This document shows positions 11,801 through 22,300 of a stretch of DNA of 64,000 nucleotides, piece after piece. The position numbers were made by a program, and so were the translations under genes. Each line of letters opens with the position of its first letter. Position 1 is the first letter of the stretch. Origin of the DNA: an uncultured Clostridium sp. (GTDB lineage: Bacteria; Bacillota; Clostridia; TANB77; CAG-508); NCBI GenBank assembly GCA_946565805.1, contig CAMNWO010000003.1, forward strand, positions 38,814-102,813. The letters run 5' to 3'. Under the pieces are notes generated by a model. It did no database searches, had not been told where the DNA came from, and saw only the letters and a program-made list of their open reading frames with translations.

Positions 11801-13565
11801 ATTAAATGTGATTTGTAATTATAATGAAGAAAGAACAATTGTAGCAAACTCTACTTTACCAATTACTTTGTCTACTAAAAATATAAGTGATAAAGAGTTA
11901 AAAGATGTTGAATTAGAATTGCCAATACCAGAAAAAGTTAGCATTGATGAATTAAGTATAAAAGAAAGTGAAACTTATACTTATTTAGGAATGGATAGCC
12001 AGGTAGCAAAATTTAAGATTAATAAAATACAACCAGGAGAGCAAGTAGATATTATTGTAAGTTTAGAAACAGATGATTTTAAAGAAGAAGAATTAGACAT
12101 CAACTTAATGGTACAATCAACTGTAAATAATGAAACTTATACTTCAAATGAATTAGAAAAAACAATTGTACAAGAAAAATTAGACATTACAGTAGTACAA
12201 ACAGCTAATATACAAGAAAAAGAAGTACAAACAGATGATAAATTAATCTATACAACGACTATTAAAAATGCAAGTGAAAAAGAACAAGCTATTAAAATTA
12301 TAGATAATGTGCCATCTGCAGCAGTAATTCAAAAAGCATACTTAATCATAGATGGGCAAGAAACTAATATAGAAGAGATTGAGAATAATGAATTAGAAGA
12401 AGATGTAACTTTAGCTGGGAAATCAGAAATTAAGTTAGTGATAGAAACGGTTATAGACGAAAAATTAGCACAGACAAAAGAATTAACTAACATTGTAGAA
12501 GTAAATGCTTATAGCCAATATATAGAATCTAATAAAGTAACTTATTACTTAGCTAATGTTCCAGATGATAAAGAAGTACAAAATGAGATTTCAGGAAAAG
12601 TATGGCTAGATGAAAATAAAAATGGACAAAAAGAAGCAGGAGAAGAAGCTTTTGCAGATGTAGTAGTAAAAGCAATTAGTACAGAAAGTGGTAATGTAGA
12701 AAAAGAAACGAAAACAAATAGTGAAGGAAAATATCAATTTACGCAATTACCAAATGGAAAATACATTGTTGTAGTAGAATATGACAATAAATTATATTCT
12801 TTAACAGAATATAAAAAACAAGGAGTTAATGAAAACGAAAACTCAGATGCCATTGAAAAAGAAGTAAATGGACAAAAAGTAGCAGTAACAGATGAAATAG
12901 AAGTAAACAATAACAATACAACTGATATCGATGTTGGATTAGTTAAAAATGTAATATTTGACTTAAAATTAGATAAATACTTAAATCGAGTTATTATCCA
13001 AAATGCAGGAGGAACTAGAACAATTGAGTATAACAAACAAAAACTAGGAAAAGTAGAAATTGATGCAAAACAAGTTAATAACTCAACTGTATTGGTAGAA
13101 TATGGTATTGATATTACAAATGAAGGAGAAATTGCTGGTTATGCAAGTGAAATTGTAGACCATATGCCAAACGATTTCAAATTCAATTCAGAACTTAACA
13201 AATCATGGTATACAACAGATGATAAAGACATACACAATATTACATTAGCCAATGAAATTATTTATCCAGGAGAGACCAAAACGATAACAGTAACGCTTAT
13301 CAAAACGATGACACAAAATAATGCAGGAACAGCTATTAACACAGCAGAAATTGCAAAAGCAAGTAACGAACAACTAATAGCAGATGTTGACTCAACACCA
13401 GGAAATAATGCAAGCAATGAAGACGATATTAGTACAGCAGAATTAATTATTTCTATCCGAACCGGTTTAGGAATGGCAATTGGAGTTATTGTAGCAATTG
13501 TACTAGTAGGATTAATTGTTACAGCAGTTATTATTATCAAAAAAAGGAGGGGTAAAAATGAATAA
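8862..13565 (+). CDS. Giant surface protein A1 (1567 aa): signal peptide, multiple DUF11-like conserved-repeat domains, SdrD-B/Cna-B-like domain, C-terminal TM anchor with basic tail
   Basis: N-terminal hydrophobic leader. Repeated pattern ..I.V.N.G...I.N..I.D.LP.. (DUF11-like). VWLDENKNGQKEAGEE...NSEGKYQFTQLPNGKYIVVVEYD is SdrD-B-like. DSTPGNNASNEDD is followed by IRTG, a TM helix and KKRRGKNE. Confidence 0.8.
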   Translation: MKNKVFKISVILVMILTMTMTNFIFVGANLISYAIDDSSTNHSNIEFNSYFKNEKGEKVANQDIVTSRLESSLFIEIAVKKEGYLNGSVHLENTNFKLKSSDSQYVNKIENNIITLNQINAGTTAEIEVKIEFEKNPEFKMDLLNMESTIQLQGIYKDSSQKEKEISSSKKVTLKLISDVKTENLENDLQIITNKMLKINGQEKRVLQVSLKAGIKENNYPMKNMDIEITVPKIGEVNPTVEENIKMNNMTNKSFEYNGNIAKINMTNEKGQWKANGEEEVILTYIYEAGTSLDQEKIVANQKIELCDGTNVETTAEAIIKDDEECDATISAEIINTENSIYKGKLQAGVDRQYKNTTNINVNLLGVVEETEVQEQPSNYTDIYYTQTKINKEQLMNVIGEKGNLNIVDQDGNHVCMINNTTETDQEGNVIITYAENTVKGITTKVTNIERIGTISLEHTKVIKTTDKEMAKTATAIETNVVVGETSKQQTIQLLDTKTEAKLMMNKSSLSTLTANNVEINALLKSSKEENDLYKNPKMQIILPEEVEDIQINSIHKLYADELQTKKATLVDGKIIEIELVGEQTNYLNEISEGIQIVINANITFDMTMPSKKANITMKYTNENGKEGEQETAVEFDIVSKYGVLVHSKAENYNEENTVLESISDENMKGELDTAKGEKVVNIERNILNNYEEPITNIELVGNLPEQQTEEVNGETLKSTFLADLEKVVTSIENAKIYYSEDSKEWKENIEEIEKVRAYKIELQDNTVEPGEVASINYQLKIPENLTANQSTYEKLNLSYQYKDQTISEDYATYLSTNSMKVTQTEGEAKEEVVNGLGKITISATSAGKEVKDGQEIFEGQTIKQTVKVTNNTGKDITNMKMTAKQENAIFYVRRVTKEFDTSTAGEMDVTRIVEDENVKEQEVTAETVKNGETVTYTYQYSVHGKVGDKTQGTVTIEADGIEAQTLQTVSNPIKEAKLKLNVICNYNEERTIVANSTLPITLSTKNISDKELKDVELELPIPEKVSIDELSIKESETYTYLGMDSQVAKFKINKIQPGEQVDIIVSLETDDFKEEELDINLMVQSTVNNETYTSNELEKTIVQEKLDITVVQTANIQEKEVQTDDKLIYTTTIKNASEKEQAIKIIDNVPSAAVIQKAYLIIDGQETNIEEIENNELEEDVTLAGKSEIKLVIETVIDEKLAQTKELTNIVEVNAYSQYIESNKVTYYLANVPDDKEVQNEISGKVWLDENKNGQKEAGEEAFADVVVKAISTESGNVEKETKTNSEGKYQFTQLPNGKYIVVVEYDNKLYSLTEYKKQGVNENENSDAIEKEVNGQKVAVTDEIEVNNNNTTDIDVGLVKNVIFDLKLDKYLNRVIIQNAGGTRTIEYNKQKLGKVEIDAKQVNNSTVLVEYGIDITNEGEIAGYASEIVDHMPNDFKFNSELNKSWYTTDDKDIHNITLANEIIYPGETKTITVTLIKTMTQNNAGTAINTAEIAKASNEQLIADVDSTPGNNASNEDDISTAELIISIRTGLGMAIGVIVAIVLVGLIVTAVIIIKKRRGKNE

Positions 13566-16500
13566 AATAACAAACAAAATTAATAAAATAGTACTTATCA
13601 TTTTCATCACTCTAATTAGTATGGCAACTATGGTAAATGCAGCAAATATAACCAATCCAAGCACAGACAGAGATTTGTCAGATGCTGCTAAAGACGCAAC
13701 ATTAGGAGCAGAAGATAAGAAAGATCAAGAATATTTTGAATTTGATCCTACTAAAATTATAGGAAAATGGATTGATGCTTCTGACACAAAAGGAGATAGC
13801 AAGGCTCCTTATCAACACATAGGAGAATACTGTATCGATGCCAGAACAAGTGCAAATGGATCTGATGATTTTATTATAAGAAATATTATTGACCTTACAC
13901 CAGACGGAAAAATTATTTCTTACTACTATGCTGGAAAAGAAAAAGGAAAAATAATTGTAAAAACAGTAGAAAGTGAAAATAAAACTCTAGTAAAAGCATT
14001 AAAAAGTATGTCTTATTGTTCGATCAAATCCATTAAAGCTGGAGAAGGAAGAATTCTAAATGGAAATGCATGGAAAGTAGCAATTGCAGGAATTGTAGAC
14101 GATAATCTTAGTAAAATGGGAACCGATTTAAAATTATACAAAGGTTTCCAACAACCAATGGATGCAGGAAGTTCAAGTAAGAAAAATGAAGCTGCAAAAG
14201 AATCAAAGGATAAAGCTTACACAGCAAGATTTATCTTCTTATATGGAGATGGTAAACAAAACCAAATTATATTTGGAGCAAAAGAAGGAGAAGGTCGAGG
14301 AGATTTAACTATTACTAAAACTGGTGGCGGAAATAAAAAATTAGGAAATGTAGGATTTCAATTACAACACAACAAAACAGGAAAATGGGTAAAAAATCCA
14401 ACAAACTCAGATAAAGCAGAATACGTAGACAGAAGTTCAGCTACTACCTTCTCTACAGCAGAAGGAACAGGAAAAGTAACGATAAAAGGATTACTAATAG
14501 GAGATTATACATTATATGAAACAATTAACCCTAATTATGGTTATGTATGTAATCCTTCCCAAGGAATTTCAGTAGCAACCGTTAAATCAGGAAACAATAA
14601 TAGTAAATTAGTTACGAACAAGCAAATCTATGTTAAATTATCAGGTTATGTATGGGTAGATAAACCAGATGGAAAAACAGGATTTGAAAGAAATGACCAT
14701 TTTAAAACATCACTAGATGGTACCCAAGATACACACGACTTGTTATTTAATAATATAACAGTAAGATTAATAGACAGTAGAACAGGAAAAACGGTAAAAG
14801 AAACAAAAACAAGTAAATTAAATAAATATACAACATCTGGAAATAATGGAAATGGCGAATACGAATTCAAAGATGTTTTAATTAGTGATTTACCATACTA
14901 TTACATTGAATTTGAATACGATGGATTGACCTATCAAAATGTACCAAAAGATTTTAGTATAAATAGTGGATCCAAAGCTATAGAAAGTGGACGAAGAGCT
15001 GAATTTAATGCAGGATTTAGTGTAATAGAAGGAGAAACAGCAACAACTGGTACTAGAAGAAATACAAATGCAAATGGAGAAACTAAAAACGACCTAACCT
15101 ATGCTTTAAATGAAAACAAAACAGTAGCTACTTTAACAAGTGCAGGAAAAACCAGTGTAGATAATCAAGAAAATCCTTCTTATATCCAACAAGATAGTAT
15201 TGGAAACTATAGAATAACATCTAATACCAAAGACTCTGGTTATGTATTACATGACCCAGCAGGAGAAGAGGAAATTAAATACATCAACTTAGGACTATAC
15301 GATAGAGACCAACCAGATATTACATTAGGAAAAGATATTGCAAATGTTCGATTAAGTATTAATGGCAATAATCATATTTATGAATATGGGCAAAGATACT
15401 TAAACGAAGGTGAATATTCAGGGGAAGGATTTAATGTTGGTGTTAAATTCCCAGAAAAATTCCAGGGAAGTTATACAAGAGCAATCTATAAATCTGACTT
15501 TGACTATGAATCACAAGACAAAGAAAAGAGCAATGAATTAGAAGTATTTGTTACTTATGAAATAGCGATGTTACAAGCTAATATCAACTTAAAGACAAGA
15601 GTTAATAGTGTAGTAGATTATTATGATAGTAGATATACCTTAGTAGGAGTGTCAAAGAAAGTAAATCAAGATGGTAGCTTATCAGAAGTTTACGATGCAT
15701 CTTCTATAGAAGATGGTGGCTCTTATAATGAAAAATACAAAAAAGTAATAATTCACAATAATACAGATTTAGCAAATAAAGAAACACAAAAAATTTATGT
15801 ACAATTTAAGCTAGATCGAGAATTAGTAAGAAGAATTATCAGTGATGAGGAAGTAGCTTTAGACAATGTAGCAGAAATTAATTCTTATTCTGTATTTGAT
15901 ATGGCAGGAAATACCTATGCAGGTATTGACCACAACTCTAATCCAGGAAATGCTGTACCAGGAGAACAATACTTTGAAAACGATACAGACAGAAGTCCAT
16001 CATTAGACTTAGAAGTAACAGATGCAAGAAAAATGACTGGTAAAGTATTCTTAGACGAAACAACAGGAGAATTAAAAACAGGAGAAGTTCGTCAAGGTGA
16101 TGGAGAATATATAGAGGGAGAGCAAGGTATTGAAGGAGTACAAATCAACTTGGTAGACCATAAGGGAAGTGAAAAATCATACTCAGCTGAGACAGACGAA
16201 AAAGGAGATTTTGTTATTGAAAACTTCATACCAGGAGATTATACACTAACCTACACATGGGGTGGTCAAACTTATAAATTAGAAGATGGAAATGACAAAG
16301 AAATTACAGTGCAAGATTATAAAGGAACCATTTATCGAGAAAAAGAAAGACAGAATAACAGAAAATGGTGGCATACATCAGCAAATCCAGAAAATAAACG
16401 ATACAGTGATGCCATGGACAATTATCAAACTAGAAAAGATATTGATGCAGAAATGGCGAAGGTAAAATACGATGTAGAATCAGAAGAAAAACGAACTATT

Positions 16501-17493
16501 CATACAATGGATTCAACTACACCAACCATGGAAATTGGAATAGAATATGATACTGTTTATTCAGCATCTAAAGGTGATAAATATGTTTATGAAATTAATG
16601 GAGTAGACTTTGGTATTGTAGAAAGAGCAAGACAAGATATTGCATTAAGCAAACGTGTAACCTCTTTAAAAATGATTTTAGCAAATGGCCAAGCAATAGA
16701 TGATTTTATCATAGAAGAAGATGAAAATGGAAACAGAGTTGTCAAAGGCGAAAGAAATGGTGTTACTTACATGAAGCCAGATGCTAACACAACATCCGGA
16801 AATGGATTTGTTAGACTAGAGCTTGATAGTGAATTAATCCAGGGAGCTAAACTAGAAGTAGGTTATGAAATCAAGCTAATCAATCAAAGTGAAAAAGACT
16901 ATATCCCAAAAGAAAACAGTGACCCTATTTTCTATCTATATGGAGATGTAGATGATACACAACAAGTAATTACAATAAATCCAACAGGAATTATCGATTA
17001 CTTAGACAATGGATGGTCATTCGATCACGAAACTTATACCGATTGGCAAGTAAAAGAATTGAAAGACATCATAGAAGGAGACAATAAATTAATTGCTGAT
17101 ACCGTTTATAAAGATAATGAAGAATCAACCATAGCAACTAGAAAAATACTTTATACCGATAAATTTAAAAATGAAGCGTTAGAACCAGGAGAACAAAGAA
17201 AATTAGAATTTAAAGTATCTAAATTATTAAGCACATCAGACGAGATTTCATTAGACAATGAAGTCGAAGTAGTAGAATTAGATAGACCAGGAGGTAGTAC
17301 GCCAGAATCTACTCCAGGTGACTATGTACCAGGATCAGGCTCAACAGAATCAGATGATAGCATGGCAGAAACAACCATTGTAACACCAGCTACTGGTGAA
17401 AACCAAAATTATATTTTACCAGTTATCATTGGAACAACGGCATGTATTATCTTAGGAGCAGGAATAATCTTCATTAAGAAAAAAGTAATCTAA
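13558..17493 (+). CDS. Giant surface protein B1 (~1311 aa): signal peptide, variable N-terminal domain, SpaA/Cna-B-like and SdrD-B-like domains, xPxTG sorting-signal-like C-terminus
   Basis: ATG 13558 follows GGAGG and overlaps the A1 stop. Leader ...SMATMVNA|A. GDLTITKTGGGNKKLGNVGFQL...GDYTLYETINPNYGY is SpaA/prealbumin-like. GYVWVDKPDG...GEYEFKDV is SdrD-B-like. The tail is VTPATGE plus a TM helix plus KKKVI. Confidence 0.8.
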   Translation: MNKITNKINKIVLIIFITLISMATMVNAANITNPSTDRDLSDAAKDATLGAEDKKDQEYFEFDPTKIIGKWIDASDTKGDSKAPYQHIGEYCIDARTSANGSDDFIIRNIIDLTPDGKIISYYYAGKEKGKIIVKTVESENKTLVKALKSMSYCSIKSIKAGEGRILNGNAWKVAIAGIVDDNLSKMGTDLKLYKGFQQPMDAGSSSKKNEAAKESKDKAYTARFIFLYGDGKQNQIIFGAKEGEGRGDLTITKTGGGNKKLGNVGFQLQHNKTGKWVKNPTNSDKAEYVDRSSATTFSTAEGTGKVTIKGLLIGDYTLYETINPNYGYVCNPSQGISVATVKSGNNNSKLVTNKQIYVKLSGYVWVDKPDGKTGFERNDHFKTSLDGTQDTHDLLFNNITVRLIDSRTGKTVKETKTSKLNKYTTSGNNGNGEYEFKDVLISDLPYYYIEFEYDGLTYQNVPKDFSINSGSKAIESGRRAEFNAGFSVIEGETATTGTRRNTNANGETKNDLTYALNENKTVATLTSAGKTSVDNQENPSYIQQDSIGNYRITSNTKDSGYVLHDPAGEEEIKYINLGLYDRDQPDITLGKDIANVRLSINGNNHIYEYGQRYLNEGEYSGEGFNVGVKFPEKFQGSYTRAIYKSDFDYESQDKEKSNELEVFVTYEIAMLQANINLKTRVNSVVDYYDSRYTLVGVSKKVNQDGSLSEVYDASSIEDGGSYNEKYKKVIIHNNTDLANKETQKIYVQFKLDRELVRRIISDEEVALDNVAEINSYSVFDMAGNTYAGIDHNSNPGNAVPGEQYFENDTDRSPSLDLEVTDARKMTGKVFLDETTGELKTGEVRQGDGEYIEGEQGIEGVQINLVDHKGSEKSYSAETDEKGDFVIENFIPGDYTLTYTWGGQTYKLEDGNDKEITVQDYKGTIYREKERQNNRKWWHTSANPENKRYSDAMDNYQTRKDIDAEMAKVKYDVESEEKRTIHTMDSTTPTMEIGIEYDTVYSASKGDKYVYEINGVDFGIVERARQDIALSKRVTSLKMILANGQAIDDFIIEEDENGNRVVKGERNGVTYMKPDANTTSGNGFVRLELDSELIQGAKLEVGYEIKLINQSEKDYIPKENSDPIFYLYGDVDDTQQVITINPTGIIDYLDNGWSFDHETYTDWQVKELKDIIEGDNKLIADTVYKDNEESTIATRKILYTDKFKNEALEPGEQRKLEFKVSKLLSTSDEISLDNEVEVVELDRPGGSTPESTPGDYVPGSGSTESDDSMAETTIVTPATGENQNYILPVIIGTTACIILGAGIIFIKKKVI

Positions 17494-17497
17494 AAAT

Positions 17498-17590
17498 ATG
17501 AGACAGTGGGGACAGTCCTTAACTGTCTCATTTTTTTATTTTTGATATATTTAAAAAATGAGACAGTTAAGGACTGTCCCTACTGTCTCA
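17498..17590. repeat. REPIN-like doublet of the ATGAGACAG-TGGGGACAG-..-CTGTCTCAT element (two inverted copies)
   Basis: Copy 17498..17531 and copy 17558..17590 are reverse complements of each other (2 mismatches), separated by an AT-rich spacer. The doublet lies directly downstream of B1. Confidence 0.85.
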
Positions 17591-17834
17591 CTACGCAAAT
17601 AAGGAGAAGAGAGAAAATAAAAAGAAAATTGTAAAAATTGTAACATAAATGTAGTCAAAACTTAACAGAAAAAGTAGTAAAGCTGAATATGCTAAAATCC
17701 CTAATAAGCAAGAAGACATTGGTAGAATAAACTGGTAAAACAGGAAAAAATTAATATTGCAATCCATAGAAAAACAAAATACAATAGAATTAGTAGAATA
17801 GTCTTTTTTAGTAAAGAAGGGAAAAGGTGAAGAC

Positions 17835-20800
17835 ATGAAAGAAAAAGTTTTAAAAACGCTTATTGTTATATGGATGATAGTTAGTATAACCATAGCACAT
17901 GTCATTGTATTAGCAAGCGACATTGTAAGTTATGCTTTTCAAGATGTGGGAAAAGAGAATATAGAATTTAGTGGCTATTTTGTGAATGAACAAGGAGAAG
18001 AACTATCAAGTATTGAAAAGCCAATTAACAGTGAAGATGTTAAGTTAGCAATAAAAGTAAGAGTGAAAGAACAAGGCTATTTGAACGGAAAAATTGAATT
18101 AAAAAATGAAAGTTTTAAATTCAAGCAAGAGGAAATCGAAGGCGTAGAAGAAATTAAGGACAGAGAAATTACCCTAAAGCAAATTAATGCACAACAAAGC
18201 ATAGAGTTTAAAATTGGATTAGAAATTGATGTACCAAATAGCATTGATACAAACCAATTCAACAAAGACAATTTAATTGCTTTAAAAGGAACATATACAA
18301 CTGCTAATCAAAGCCAAAAAGAAATTAATATGGAACAAAATCTACCAATTACACTTACTAGTCCATATCAAGAAGGTGAAGAAGCAAGTATTCTAGATGC
18401 ACAAATTATTACTAATAAAATTTATAAAATAGGAGAACAAAACAAGAGAATTGTGCAAATGCAGATTAAGAGTGGGCTACAAGCAAATGGTTATCCAATC
18501 AAACAAACAGACTTAGAAATAGAAGCACCAGAAGGGATGGAAGAAGCAACTGTTTTAGCAAGAGGAACAGAAGCAACCAATGGAAGAAATGAATTACAAT
18601 CACAAAGAGAGGAAAATAGATTACAGATACAAATTGCTAACCAAGAAAAAGATGGAAAGATCAACTATGGAAAGCAAAAAGTAGATACTATGATTGTGAC
18701 CTATGTATATGAAGAAGGAAAAGAATTAGCTAATACAGAAATTAAAGTAAAAAATAGAATACAAATTTATGATCAACAAGGAACCACATTTGAAAAAGAA
18801 ATAAGTACAAAAGTAGAAGAAGAAAAAGAAGAAATTATTGCCTATAATATCGTAAACCAAGCAGAATTATATAAAGGAAGACTATATGCAGACGAAGAAC
18901 AAAGTTATAGAAGTATGAGTAAAATCGATATTCGTTATCCACGGAATTGAACAAGCAATCCAAATAACAGAAGGAAATGCTTATTACAATGATGGTTCAG
19001 CAGCTAACAGTGTTTACCAAAAAACTATGGTAGAAAAAGAAGAATTATTAAATGTACTAGGAGAAAATGGTGAATTAGTTATTAAAAGGCTGGATGGAAG
19101 TGAGATTAAAAAGATTACAAAAAATACGGTACAAGAAGAGGAAAATATCGTAAGTATTAACTATGAAGAAGGACAACAAGAAATTCTAGTAGAAATTAAT
19201 TATGCTGAAAGAACAGGGATTCTTAATCTAATGCATGAAAAAGCAATTTTACCACAATATAAGTCAAGAAATGAAATAAAGGAATTGACAGAATTAATAG
19301 TAGAAGGAAATTTACAAGAAACAGAAAATATTGGAGCTAAACAAACAAAAGCTAATATACAATTAAAAGAAACACAAACCAAAGCAGAAGCGGAAATTAG
19401 CAATAGCCAATTCATAGCAGGAAAAACGAATGAAAACATAGAAATCAAAACGACTTTAGTAGCAAATGAAAGTAATTATGACTTATATAAAAATCCAACG
19501 ATAGAAGTACAATTTCCAGAAAAAGTACAAGATGTTACCATTAAAAATGTAAGCTTATTATATGGAGAAGGATTAGCTAAAGAAAAAGAAGAGATATATG
19601 AAAATGAAGCGGGAAGAAAAGTAGCTAGAATCCAATTAGTAGGAGAACAAACCTCTTATGTAGAAACAGAATTAGTAAAAGGAACCAATGTTATTTTAAA
19701 TTGCGATGTAACAGTAGAGAATTTAGAAGAAAATGAAAATCATCGAATTCAAGTTACCTGCACTAATGACAAAGAAGTAGAATATTATAATGAAGGAAAA
19801 AATGAACTAGAAGTTAATTATGTTGTAACAGAAGAAATGAAGCAACAAAATTATGAAAGAGAAATTATAGAAGCAAATGCAGTAGCAACAGCCAATGATC
19901 CAATTACAGTAACAAAAACTGTATCAGCAGGAGATGGTCAAGATATTTATGAAGGACAAGTACAAAAATATACGATTAAAATAAAAAATAACACCAATCA
20001 AACGTATAAAAATATTACTGTAAAAGATGAAATACCAAGTGAATTAGTTTATACAAAAGCAGTTTGTGACGAAGGACTAAGAAATGGGTATCGAGATGAT
20101 AACAACATAACGACAGTAGAATTACAAACACGTGAAATAGAAAAAGAGGAAGAACCAGAACAAACAGAAGAGCCAGAAGAAGATGTAGAACCAAGTGAAG
20201 AAGAGGAAGAAGAAACAACGGAAAATATTAAAGAAGTAGAAGAAATTGATCCACAATTGTTTCAAACCTTGGAACCACATAAAGAAATAGAACTTTGTTA
20301 TTTTGTAAGGGTAAAAAAAGCAGAGGAAAACATCGGGAAAAAGGTAGGAACCAAAGCACAAGTAATCTTACCAGGAGATGAAACAATTTACGAAACCAAT
20401 TTAGTAGAAAACACCATAAGAGAAAGTAAATTGCAAATTGATATGGTAACAACAGCTGATGCGAGATACAAATATGGAAGTGCCAGTACAATAGCCTATA
20501 TCATTAAAATTAAAAATATATCAAATGAAAAGATGACAAATTTAAAAGCTATTAACCAAATACCAGAAGGTATGACTTATAAAAGAGCATCAGATATGAT
20601 ATATAATGAAGAGGACGAGTGTTATATCATTAATGACAGTAATACGCAAAAATTGGCTGATTATAATAGTAGTAGTAAAACGGTTACATGGAAGGTAGGA
20701 GATTTAGAACCACAACAAGAAGTAGCTATTTATCTTGCCCTTAGCTTAACTGGAACAGAATCAACAACACAAAGTATAGCTAATAAAGTAACTGTACAAG

Positions 20801-22287
20801 CAGATAATGTACCACCAACTACTTCAAATGAAGAGACGATAGAACAATCAGGTGTTGCAAAGTGTACCATAACAAAAACAACAAACTTATCAGATAAATA
20901 TGTGTATGAAGGAGATAAATTTGAATACTTAATAACGGTAAAAAATGTAGGAGAAGTTAAAATGTCAGCTACGATTTTAGATGAATTACCAGAAGGACTT
21001 ATCCTAGATAAAATTATTACGCAAATAGATGAGGAAGCAGAAAAAGAAACCATTAGTAATGGTGTTAATATAGGATGTCTTTTAGAAGCAGGACAAACCA
21101 TGAAAATTAGGATTTTTGTAGAAGCAGATAATCTACCAAGTGGAAAAAATGAGCTAGAAATAAGAAATAAAGCTAAAATAGAGAATGCATTAGAAATATC
21201 AGAAACTTCAAATGAAGTTGTTAATATTATTCGAAAAAATCCAAATAAGCCAAGCGATGGAAATGATCCAAGTGACAATCCAAATGGTGGAGATGAGGAC
21301 AATAAAAATAATAGCTATAGTATATCTGGAATGGCATGGATTGACGAAAATAGAAACGGAGCAAAAGATAATCTAGAAGAAAGTTTAACTGGAGTACCAG
21401 TCAAACTATACGATGTAAATGGAAAAAATATAGCTAATGCAACCACAGGAAATGATGGTATCTATTATTTAAACAATATTAATAAAGGAAATTACATTGT
21501 TGTATTTGAATATGACAACCGCAATTATGCTTTAACAGAATATCGAAAAGCAGGTGTAACAGAAGAAAAAAATTCTAATGTAACAAATGCACAGTTACAG
21601 GGGAAGGCAGTAGCTACTACAGACCAAATAAGAATTACGAATCGTAATATCGAAAATATTAACATGGGAGTGGTACATAGCGATAAATTTGACTTACGAT
21701 TAGACAAATCCATTAGTAGTATAACAGTGCAAAATGGAAAAGCAAGTAAAAAATATTCTTACAATGATGCTAATTTTGTAAAAGTAGAAGTTGATAGAAA
21801 AACCGTAAATCAAACAACAGTAACCATAGAATATAAAATTAAGGTAACCAATGAGGGAGATATGCCTGGGTATGCTAAGGAAATTGTCGATTATCTTCCA
21901 GCTGATTTACAATTTAATGAACAATTAAACAAAGATTGGCAAAAACAAGAAGGACAATTAGTAAGTAAAAGTTTAGCAGGAGAAATTATTAATCCAGGAG
22001 AAAGTAGAACATTAAACTTAATTGTTAGCAAAAAATTAACAGAAGATAACTTAGGAACTGTAACAAATACAGCTGAAATTAGTGAAGATTACAATGAAAA
22101 TCTAATAATTGATATTGACTCTACACCAGGAAATAAAAAGGCAGAAGAAGATGATATGTCAACAGTTAGTGTTATTATAGGACTTAATACAGGTAGAATT
22201 ATTGTATATATTTCTCTTGTTTTAACAACAATTGCGATATTGGCAACAGGAACCTACTTAATTAAGAAAAAGGTATTAGATACATAG
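17835..22287 (+). CDS. Giant surface protein A2, paralog of A1; frame interrupted at in-frame CGG 18942 (+1 shift needed)
   Basis: Pieces 17835..18950 and 19027..22287. Skipping C18942 gives ..KIDIRYP-G-IEQAIQITEGNAYYNDGSAANSVYQKTMVEKEELLNVLGENG.., colinear with A1 (..KINKEQLMNVIGEKGN..). The C-terminal 330 aa align clearly with A1. Confidence 0.8.
18942..18945 (+). other. In-frame CGG-A, +1 recoding/frameshift site (adhesin A2)
   Basis: CCA CGG AAT TGA in frame 0. CCA [C] GGA ATT GAA stays open for a further 1114 codons. Confidence 0.7.
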
Positions 22288-22300
22288 GAGGGAGGAAAAA

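Noticed and set aside
13516-13557. Upstream extensions of ORF-track starts (B1 at 13516, PBP2 at 5015, rpoC at 47858, xth at 40900, tatD at 34586, htpX at 36463, the 807-aa ORF at 39569)
   Set aside because: Internal ATG, GTG or TTG codons with properly spaced GGAGG-type RBSs and homology-consistent N-termini are better starts. The extensions overlap upstream genes or repeats.
17591-17923. Minus-strand 110-aa ORF between B1 and A2
   Set aside because: It overlaps the A2 start and its upstream region, begins inside a repeat copy, and is hydrophobic low-complexity sequence. It was judged spurious.
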